From: Elusimicrobiota bacterium | Lineage (GTDB): Bacteria; CG03; SLGR01; JBDRKX01 | Direction: 5' to 3' | Length of the DNA stretch: 19,292 nt | Assembly: GCA_043813605.1 (NCBI GenBank) | Contig: JBDRKX010000074.1 | Coordinates: 1-19,292 of the forward strand | In this document: one piece after another, positions 1-7,106 of the stretch | Layout: the number at the start of each line of letters is the position of its first letter | How positions within the stretch are numbered: the stretch's first letter is position 1 | Translations under genes and position numbers: made by a program | The notes under the pieces: generated by a model | Told to the model about the DNA's origin: nothing | What the model saw: only the letters and a program-made list of their open reading frames with translations | Database searches by the model: none

Positions 1-67
1 ACTGTTAAATTTACCGGTTTCGTATTTACAGGACACATGTTTATCTATAACTTTTTCAAATAATCAT

Positions 68-1516
68 ATGAGAGTAATCTTTATTCAAAATCTTGGCATA
101 AACGAGTCTCTTGCCCTTACAGAACTGTCGGCCTGCCTTAAACGGGAAGGCCACGCATGCAGTCTTATCATTGAAAATGATGTAAAAAAAACGGCCAAAG
201 CCGTACTCTCTTTCTCTCCGGATATATTCATAATACCCTGGGACATAGGAACGCTTTCGTGGACCTTAAATACTGCCTCATGGCTGAAAAGCCGTTTTAA
301 AAAGAATATCATCCTATGCGGCACATACCCATCGTTTTATCCGGAAAATGCGATCAGTTCTCCCGGTGTTGATGCCATATGTATCGGTGAAACCGAATGC
401 GCCATACCGGAATACCTGAAAAAAATCGAAAAAGGAAAGGATCCCGGCGACACCAGGAATTTCTGGATAAAAACCTCCGGCGGTATACAGAGGAACAGTT
501 TAAGGCCGTTAATAGACAACCTTGATATTCTCCCTCTCCCGGACAGGAATATTTATTTCAGATACCCCTATCTTCGCGGTATGAGCATGAAAAGATTTAC
601 TTCAGGCAGAGGATGCGCAAATTCATGCAGATTCTGTTACAACCCTCTGCTCAGGAAACGCTACTCCGGAATGGGGCCATACGTAAGAAAAAAGAGCGTA
701 TCCCGCGTCATATCCGAGATCAAAGATGTAAGGGAACATGCTGCGCTCAATTCCGTTCATTTTTCAGACGATATTTTCATATCCGACAGGGACTGGATCT
801 TTAAATTTGCAGTTGCATATAAAGAACAGGTAAACCTCCCTTTTACCTGTAATGCAACCGCCGACCTTATAGATGAAGACATAGTAATAGCCCTTAAAAA
901 AGCGAATTGCCGCGGCATTGCAATCGGAATAGAATCAGGCAACGAGGACTACCGCAAATATATACTCAACAAGGATCTTTCGGATTCAGTGATACATGAA
1001 GCGGCAGGCCTGATAAAAAAACAGGGGCTTTTTATGGCTACTTTCAATATGATCGCGCTGCCGGGGGAAACACCTCAGGATGTTATAAAAGCCATCAGGC
1101 TCAATGCCGATATCGGCGCTGACCATGTAAGATTAAGTTTTGCCTCTCCTCTGCCCGGTACTGAACTGGCCGAATACGGCCTTAAAAAAGGTTTTTTTGA
1201 CAACGTAAGACTAAAAAAAATGCTCGATGATACGATTTATCCTAAAGAAGCTGTTTGTTTATCAGAGCATAAAAGAGAACTGGAGAACCTTTTTATACTC
1301 TTCAGGTTCGCTGTTATGTTCCCCGGGTTCATCCCGCTGGCAAAAAAACTCTGCCGGCTGCCTTTTATAAAGCTTCTTGCAGTGCCTGATATGCTTATTA
1401 ATTCCTACAAAGAAAAAAAATTTTTCAGTATAACCTGGTTATCCGGAATAAAATACATGCTCAAAGCCGGCGGATTAAGAAAACGGACAAAAGTCTTCAA
1501 TAATTTCATGCCCTGA
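68..1516 (+). CDS. Cobalamin(B12)-binding domain radical SAM protein (class B methyltransferase-like)
   Basis: 482-aa ORF. CxxxCxxC motif in TSGRGCANSCRFC (nt ~611-637). N-terminal Rossmann-like B12-binding region (LSACLKREGH...CGTYPS...VDAICIGETE). Radical SAM core motifs FSDDIF, GIESG, MIALPGET, PLPGTEL. Confidence 0.92.
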   Translation: MRVIFIQNLGINESLALTELSACLKREGHACSLIIENDVKKTAKAVLSFSPDIFIIPWDIGTLSWTLNTASWLKSRFKKNIILCGTYPSFYPENAISSPGVDAICIGETECAIPEYLKKIEKGKDPGDTRNFWIKTSGGIQRNSLRPLIDNLDILPLPDRNIYFRYPYLRGMSMKRFTSGRGCANSCRFCYNPLLRKRYSGMGPYVRKKSVSRVISEIKDVREHAALNSVHFSDDIFISDRDWIFKFAVAYKEQVNLPFTCNATADLIDEDIVIALKKANCRGIAIGIESGNEDYRKYILNKDLSDSVIHEAAGLIKKQGLFMATFNMIALPGETPQDVIKAIRLNADIGADHVRLSFASPLPGTELAEYGLKKGFFDNVRLKKMLDDTIYPKEAVCLSEHKRELENLFILFRFAVMFPGFIPLAKKLCRLPFIKLLAVPDMLINSYKEKKFFSITWLSGIKYMLKAGGLRKRTKVFNNFMP

Positions 1517-1531
1517 TCATCTCCTGTAAAG

Positions 1532-2377
1532 TCAGGGGGCTATCTCAATGATATATGACAGGTCTTCTTTTGCTGAGATGTTTTCAGGTTTTTCCCTCCA
1601 TAATTTAATATACAGCAGTGTATATTCGTTCTTACGGATCAGTTTTATCCTGCCGCGCGGATCTGTAGGACTTAAATTGTTTGTCCCGCCGCGGCCGACA
1701 TGATAAAATCCGGGCTGGCTGTAGATACCGTTCAGTATTATGCCTGATTCTTTCCATTCTGCATCTACATTCACGCTTAACGCAGCATCCAGTCCGGCAT
1801 GAAGAAATCCGGCATCATATGCATTAACCATGTTGATCCTTATCATTCCGGCGGAATCTTCATAATAATAAAGGTTATAGAACCATCTCCGTGCATCATT
1901 GCCTTCATATGTCTCCCGGAAGGAGTTTTTTTCGTATTCTACCCCGCAGTTGAACTTGAATGCAAGCGGAGTAGACGATCCTGTATAAGTCAATATGATC
2001 AAAAAATAAGGATTAGATATAAAGAATTCCGCTTCATCTGTCCAGCCGGCATCCGGTGAAATACTTCTGTATATCCTGTTCTCGGGTTCCCCTGACATAT
2101 GGTACCCGCCCTGGTATATGCCCGGTATATTGTATTTAGATACTATTTCTCTGCGTAATACTGCAATATCTTTAACAGAAAACCCATCGAGTGAATACCT
2201 TGCCGGCGCTATTATCACAGGATGAGCATCGGGTCCTTTTTCAGAAACACTATCTTCTGAACCGCCTTCGGACGGTTTGGTTGATATGCTGATAAACAAC
2301 ATCAAAGCGACTGCGCTCAGTACGGCTATTGCGGTATATAACATGCTTTTATTTCCTTTTCCCTTTTTTATTTTCAT
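1532..2377 (-). CDS. Hypothetical protein with N-terminal membrane anchor/signal peptide and soluble exported domain
   Basis: 281-aa ORF with basic N-terminus (MKIKKGKGNK), hydrophobic helix (LYTAIAVLSAVALMLFISI), S/E/G linker and an aromatic-rich globular domain. AGGA lies upstream of the ATG. Converges on the radical SAM gene with a 15-bp gap. Confidence 0.8.
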   Translation of the reverse strand: MKIKKGKGNKSMLYTAIAVLSAVALMLFISISTKPSEGGSEDSVSEKGPDAHPVIIAPARYSLDGFSVKDIAVLRREIVSKYNIPGIYQGGYHMSGEPENRIYRSISPDAGWTDEAEFFISNPYFLIILTYTGSSTPLAFKFNCGVEYEKNSFRETYEGNDARRWFYNLYYYEDSAGMIRINMVNAYDAGFLHAGLDAALSVNVDAEWKESGIILNGIYSQPGFYHVGRGGTNNLSPTDPRGRIKLIRKNEYTLLYIKLWREKPENISAKEDLSYIIEIAP

Positions 2378-2481
2378 GCGATCCTGTTTTACTGTTAATT
2401 ATATGAAATAAACTGTTTTATTCAAAGAACTGTACGGACATCGCCCAGTTTGTTATTATATCTTATTAGAGGATATGGCCG

Positions 2482-2661
2482 ATGTTGCATAAACAAATTC
2501 CCGGTATTGTTTCAGATAAATACCTTTTTGTTGATCAGGCCATGTCTTTCCTTGGCATGACAAATTATCTTACCGGCGGTTCAATAATCTCTCATTATAT
2601 GAGCGATGCGATCTCGGAAAGTTCCAGAAAGTTTCTTGAACAGGAGATCCTGTTCAGCTGA
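2482..2661 (+). CDS. Possible small protein (59 aa) or gene remnant
   Basis: Hand translation MLHKQIPGIVSDKYLFVDQAMSFLGMTNYLTGGSIISHYMSDAISESSRKFLEQEILFS*. AGAGGA (2468-2473) lies 8 nt before the ATG. It is one residue shorter than the smallest ORFs in the supplied track. Confidence 0.35.
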   Translation: MLHKQIPGIVSDKYLFVDQAMSFLGMTNYLTGGSIISHYMSDAISESSRKFLEQEILFS

Positions 2662-2843
2662 CAATTCAACCCATTTATTGCAATAAAAGATGGAATTCGA
2701 CGAAAAATATACCATATCCTATGTCGCAAAAAAGCTTGTCAATACTTATGAGTATTACCTCACTTTTTTACTGTGTACTATATGGCATCTTTCTCGTCTC
2801 GGTTCTACATCTCTATCGCATCAAATGGGTTCAGCCTTAGATA

Positions 2844-2936
2844 TGTAAAATTACTGTAAAATTATATTCTAATTCTGTCTGTTAATATTCATTATTATTT
2901 CATATTCAAACAGTATAATTGAGTCACTGATATAAT
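2844..2936 (+). promoter_or_regulatory. AT-rich promoter region of the 2967 gene: tandem TGTAAAATTA repeat and two TATAAT boxes
   Basis: TGTAAAATTA at 2844-2853 and 2855-2864; TATAAT at 2914-2919 and 2931-2936. Confidence 0.4.
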
Positions 2937-2966
2937 TGTAATCAGTATAAAAGAGGTATAAATTCA

Positions 2967-3446
2967 GTGATTTATAAACGGCACCACAAGATAGTTGTTT
3001 TTCTGATACATGTCATATTAATATCGTGTTTACCGGCGCTTACATGGGAATCTTCTGCCGATACTGCAACCGAGGAAAATATCGGCGAATACACCAGTAC
3101 TGATTATAACACCGGCCGCTCCGATTCATATCCGGTAGTGGAAACTACGAAACTCATCCGGGCCGAAAGCGAATCAAAAAATAAGGGCACGTCGACTGAG
3201 CCCGGCGGGCACGCCCCCATCCTTACAGAAGGATTGATCCCGGAGATAGAGATCGAGGGAAAAGGTCATATTTCCAAAGAACCGGTATGGATTTTTGAGG
3301 GACCGGAACCTGTCGCAGCTCCTGTAGCTCCGGTTATCCCCGAAACCAGATTTCATACGGATTCATTCCCTAGTATTGAAGCTTTTGTAAATGAAGACGG
3401 AATTGAGAACCGGGTCATCGTACCTGGTTTTAACACACAACCGTAA
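2967..3446 (+). CDS. Hypothetical secreted protein, acidic and Pro/Glu/Thr-rich
   Basis: 159-aa ORF with GTG start and AAGAGGT SD-like site upstream. Signal-peptide-like N-terminus (KRHHKIVVFLIHVILISCLPALT) followed by a low-complexity acidic region. Confidence 0.6.
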   Translation: MIYKRHHKIVVFLIHVILISCLPALTWESSADTATEENIGEYTSTDYNTGRSDSYPVVETTKLIRAESESKNKGTSTEPGGHAPILTEGLIPEIEIEGKGHISKEPVWIFEGPEPVAAPVAPVIPETRFHTDSFPSIEAFVNEDGIENRVIVPGFNTQP

Positions 3447-3472
3447 TTATATCAAGACCGGTAAAACCGAGG

Positions 3473-4528
3473 TCAATATGTCCGTCCGGGGATCCTCATG
3501 TTTTTTTCACGCTCTTCCATAAGCAGTTTTTTTACCGGATCACTGATGCCTTCTCCTTTTTCTTTCTTCTTTTTCTTCCGGCCGGAAAATATATCAATAG
3601 AGATCCTATGCACGGTATCAAACCCGTATTTTTCATACAACAAGGCATAATTAAAAAACAGGAACTTTGAATCCAGCACTTCGCGGTCCCAGCCGAACCC
3701 GAACGAGATCCTTGACGCATCATAACCTGTTCTTATCCGGAAATCTTCTGCGATCTCATATTCTCCCCCGAAATGAGCGCGTATCTTCTGCGTAACAGTC
3801 TTATCTACGTCAAAGGCCAATAACAGTTTTTTATCCATCAGCCTGTACGCCGACCCGGCTTTGATGTTCACTAAGACCTGCTCACTGTACTCATATTCAC
3901 TTTGCAGTACCGGGTCATCTATTTTCCACTTCAAACTGCCGAAAATATTCTGTATGTTCAGTCCGAATAAGAGTTTATTCCCTGTATCATAAAAAAATGC
4001 TGCATCAAAGCCTATTCCCCTGGCACCGGCAGCAGCAGTAAGGCTTTGTACAAGATACTTAAAAGCAATTCCGGCAGAATATTTTTCTGCGATCTGCTGT
4101 CCGAAAGCAAAATATAAAGCATTTTCACTATCTGAGAATTTTTCTGTGGGATTGCCGTATGTATCACTTCCCTGTATATCGCCTATTCCGTAGTTAACCC
4201 AACCTATGCCAAGCCCTTTTTCTTTGGGCAACCAGCCTGTTTTATCATCAACCGGTAACACACACCCGACAAAATTATGTTTTCTCTCTCTTGATGAAAC
4301 AGATGTCATCATAGTTGCCGAATGCCTTCCTATACCGGATAATACTGCGGGATTCCAGCATATAGCAGAAGCATTGTCCACTGCTGCCACAAAAGCGTTT
4401 CCCATTGCCGCTGCCCGGCAGTCTACTCCCATTTCCAGATAGGAAGCTGCTCCTTCAGCGAGCTTGTTATCTGCTGCTTCCAGTGAAGACGCTGTAAGCA
4501 GGATTATTATCAGGAGTAATCTCTTCAT
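3473..4528 (-). CDS. porV: PorV/PorQ-family (UPF0164, FadL-like) outer-membrane beta-barrel, T9SS-associated
   Basis: Signal peptide (MKRLLLIIILLTASSLEA), then the family signature YLEMGVDCRAAAMGNAFVAAVDNASAICWNPAVLS, plus GIGFDAAF, GLNIQNI, HFGGEY and RTGY strand motifs. The symbol is family level, not proven orthology. Confidence 0.88.
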   Translation of the reverse strand: MKRLLLIIILLTASSLEAADNKLAEGAASYLEMGVDCRAAAMGNAFVAAVDNASAICWNPAVLSGIGRHSATMMTSVSSRERKHNFVGCVLPVDDKTGWLPKEKGLGIGWVNYGIGDIQGSDTYGNPTEKFSDSENALYFAFGQQIAEKYSAGIAFKYLVQSLTAAAGARGIGFDAAFFYDTGNKLLFGLNIQNIFGSLKWKIDDPVLQSEYEYSEQVLVNIKAGSAYRLMDKKLLLAFDVDKTVTQKIRAHFGGEYEIAEDFRIRTGYDASRISFGFGWDREVLDSKFLFFNYALLYEKYGFDTVHRISIDIFSGRKKKKKEKGEGISDPVKKLLMEEREKNMRIPGRTY

Positions 4529-6216
4529 TGTTTATATTTCAGTACTGCAAACTTGCTTGTTTCAATATTTGAACCGAATCTCACCTGGCAGAAATAGACA
4601 CCGTTAACACAATTCTCTATATTCCATGGGACATAATGCTCTCCGGCCCCTGAGATGTCATATGAAATATCATCGATCAATCTGCCGGCACTGTTGAAAA
4701 TCCGTATTTTCACTTCACCGGGACCATCCGTATTGAATCTTATGTTGATATTTTTCTCCAATTTCACCGGATTCGGATAGAAAAAAATATTGAGTGCGCC
4801 TGCAGCTCCGGGTTGACCTGATCTCAAAACGGCATTGGCACTCGAAGACCCGGCGGCCTCTACCGTTACGGCATGATAAAACGAGTACGTACCATAACCG
4901 GGCGCACTCACTCTGACCTCATATTCGCCCGAGATGAGGCCTCCTATATAATACGTGCCATATGAAGAAGCGGAACAACTCTGCTTAAAGACCCCGTCGC
5001 GGTAGACTTCAATATCCGCTCCGCTTACAGGATTACCTGAACTGTCTGTAACAATGCCGAAAACGGCTCCGCCGGCTCCCTCCACATCGACCCTTGCCGG
5101 GATAGTGCCCGGGCCCTGATCGACATTACTGCACGATATGGTTATTGCATAGAAATTCTCGCCTACAACCCTGCCGGTGCATTCTATTGCCCAGTCTATA
5201 ACTGCTATACAGTCAGGAGGTATAGAACGCGAGCCCGCATCTTTTTCTATATACTTGACTGCAGTTTCTCCCTGTTTAAGTCTCAGATTATCATGGATAT
5301 TCAGTTTTAATTGAGCATTTGAGACAGCTGATGCGCTCTTATTATGAACATAGGCGACTATCCTGAAATCAGACGGCGTATAATAGAAATCATATAAAAA
5401 ATCATTGAATTTGAACTTGCCCGGCGCTGAAATACCCAGTACAAACGGGCCCCAATTCAGTTTACGCATCTCGCCCAGTCCTATCCGTACTGCATAAGTC
5501 TTTGACGATCCCGCTGTATAAGTAGAGGTCCCCATATACACAAGTACGGCACTGTCACTGTCCGGGCTTGTTCCGCTTATAACACCGCCGCCGTCATTAT
5601 CAAGAAAAGACCTCGTGGCATCAAAAGGATAATTCCATGTAGATCCTACAGCAGGCCAGTATCCCAGTATGACTTTGTCCGGATCATTAAAACCGGTACC
5701 GGTAAACTCTATCAATCCTGTGATGGTCGGGTCAGAAAGCGAATCAAAGACCTGGCAGGACTGAGGCAGACTGGAAGTCCATCTTGTATCAGTTGTTATC
5801 TCACCGGCATCCAGAGCGTAAAAGGGCGCTCCGTCATTATTTCCCAGCATAGTATCCAGCATAACCATTACCCCGGCATCATGTGAAACAGCGCCGCTAT
5901 TTGTTATCTTATACAGTATCTGGCACGTATCGTTCCGGCCGGTAGAATAGCCCTCGACAATTGTGAGTTCCTGGTATACGGATATATCTCCGTATGTATG
6001 TTCCGCGACCAGCTTACTGCCCGTCTTGGCAGGGGAGATGCTCCATGTACCGCCCGCGCCGAAAGTGGTGCTGTCAGTACCGTCTATCCTTACAACAGTC
6101 CAGGAAGTACCCGGGGACGGAAACCCGTAAAGTACCTTTTTATCATTGTCTTTTTCACTGGCCGGATCGCCACCCGTTGTGCCTATAGTAAAATAAGCCG
6201 GGACTTGAGGTATCAT
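4525..6216 (-). CDS. T9SS type A CTD-containing exported protein with carboxypeptidase-regulatory-like domain (main part; N-terminus apparently frameshifted)
   Basis: C-terminal Por-secretion tail FYPNPVK...IRIFNSAGRLI...W...NGVYFCQVR...KFAVLK. CarboxypepD_reg-like VFGIVTDSSGNPVSGADIEV...GEYEVRVSAPGY. Ig-like middle domain. No signal peptide or SD at the 6216 ATG. Stop overlaps the porV start (ATGA, 4525-4528). Confidence 0.88.
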   Translation of the reverse strand: MIPQVPAYFTIGTTGGDPASEKDNDKKVLYGFPSPGTSWTVVRIDGTDSTTFGAGGTWSISPAKTGSKLVAEHTYGDISVYQELTIVEGYSTGRNDTCQILYKITNSGAVSHDAGVMVMLDTMLGNNDGAPFYALDAGEITTDTRWTSSLPQSCQVFDSLSDPTITGLIEFTGTGFNDPDKVILGYWPAVGSTWNYPFDATRSFLDNDGGGVISGTSPDSDSAVLVYMGTSTYTAGSSKTYAVRIGLGEMRKLNWGPFVLGISAPGKFKFNDFLYDFYYTPSDFRIVAYVHNKSASAVSNAQLKLNIHDNLRLKQGETAVKYIEKDAGSRSIPPDCIAVIDWAIECTGRVVGENFYAITISCSNVDQGPGTIPARVDVEGAGGAVFGIVTDSSGNPVSGADIEVYRDGVFKQSCSASSYGTYYIGGLISGEYEVRVSAPGYGTYSFYHAVTVEAAGSSSANAVLRSGQPGAAGALNIFFYPNPVKLEKNINIRFNTDGPGEVKIRIFNSAGRLIDDISYDISGAGEHYVPWNIENCVNGVYFCQVRFGSNIETSKFAVLKYKQ

Positions 6217-6349
6217 CCATTACAACCTGTATATAGTCGTTAGAAAGGTTCGGTAAAGATGTATCCGCAGATGGAACAGTCAGGGTTGTTTTTTTGGAAA
6301 AACCGGCTATAAGCAGAACAGCGAGTAATTTGTTAATCCGGCAGTACAT
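6155..6349 (-). pseudogene. Detached N-terminal fragment (signal peptide + first strands) of the T9SS cargo gene, out of frame by one base
   Basis: MYCRINKLLAVLLIAGF...VPSA-DT...LSNDYIQVVMDDTSSPG joins FTIGTTGGDP of the 563-aa ORF if one T is removed from GGC TTA TTT TAC (~6190-6196). A sigma70-like promoter lies directly upstream. Confidence 0.75.
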
Positions 6350-6359
6350 CCTGCACGGA

Positions 6360-6389
6360 ATTCTACATGGTTATATTGTAATATGTCAA
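6360..6389 (-). promoter_or_regulatory. sigma70-type promoter for the cargo-porV pair
   Basis: Minus strand TTGACA (6389-6384)-N18-TAGAAT (6365-6360), 10 nt before the ATG at 6349. Confidence 0.6.
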
Positions 6390-6480
6390 TCTGTCTCAGA
6401 TAATTGCAGGGCAGGTTTTATCCGGTAACCCGTTCCTGTCATTTAAATTATAAAAGCGCGTGAAAGATCACAGGGAAATG

Positions 6481-7062
6481 TTACTTCTTCTTTTTCTTCT
6501 TCTTCTCGGTTTTTGATACTTCAGTCTTAATCTCCGGAATATCCTTGTCGATCCCGGTGACATTAAATACAGGTGTTATTTCCGGTATGACAATATCCTT
6601 CAGATCCTTAAAATCTATATCCGGGATATCGGGTATCTCCGGTATAGTTAACACGGGCCCTTTAGGCACTTGGAAAGTTGATTCGAGAACCGGTGCCGGT
6701 AACCCTTTCTCCAATTTGATTTTCGGCGGGATTGCATCCAGAGCTTTGAGGCTATTTTTAACCCCGGTTATGGCCTGGACTTCTTGAATGCCGGGATTGA
6801 TATTTACTTCCATTTCCTTAAGATCAAATTTTAAACCGGAGGCTTCAAACGGAACATCGGGTATTTTTGTCCCTGCGATATCAGGCAGTTTTGCCATTTC
6901 ACCGGAAAGAGATATATTTTCCATAAACGATGCCGCTTTCTTGCCCGAGAGATCGGTTTTCGACAATTTTTTCTCAAGTTTTTCCTTATCTTCTTCCCCG
7001 CATGACATAAGTAAAAGAAGGGCGGCACAGGTAATTATTACTTTTTCAAGACTTCGATTCAT
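6481..7062 (-). CDS. Hypothetical lipoprotein, Ile/Pro/Asp/Lys-rich low complexity
   Basis: Lipobox LLMS-C after a hydrophobic stretch; SD-like AAGAGGGGG upstream; recurring IP[DE]I units; ends in a run of seven Lys; 44 bp downstream of the MCP gene. Confidence 0.8.
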   Translation of the reverse strand: MNRSLEKVIITCAALLLLMSCGEEDKEKLEKKLSKTDLSGKKAASFMENISLSGEMAKLPDIAGTKIPDVPFEASGLKFDLKEMEVNINPGIQEVQAITGVKNSLKALDAIPPKIKLEKGLPAPVLESTFQVPKGPVLTIPEIPDIPDIDFKDLKDIVIPEITPVFNVTGIDKDIPEIKTEVSKTEKKKKKKK

Positions 7063-7106
7063 CTATCGTCCCCCTCTTATTAAACCACAGTGAATCCTAT
7101 ACGCTG

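Noticed and set aside
6289..6295. A7 tract in the cargo signal region as the frameshift site
   Set aside because: The downstream frame has a stop at ~6220-6222, so the frame switch must lie between ~6219 and 6155.
6405..6440. Weak hairpin after the lipoprotein gene as a terminator
   Set aside because: The stem is interrupted and there is no clear U-tract.
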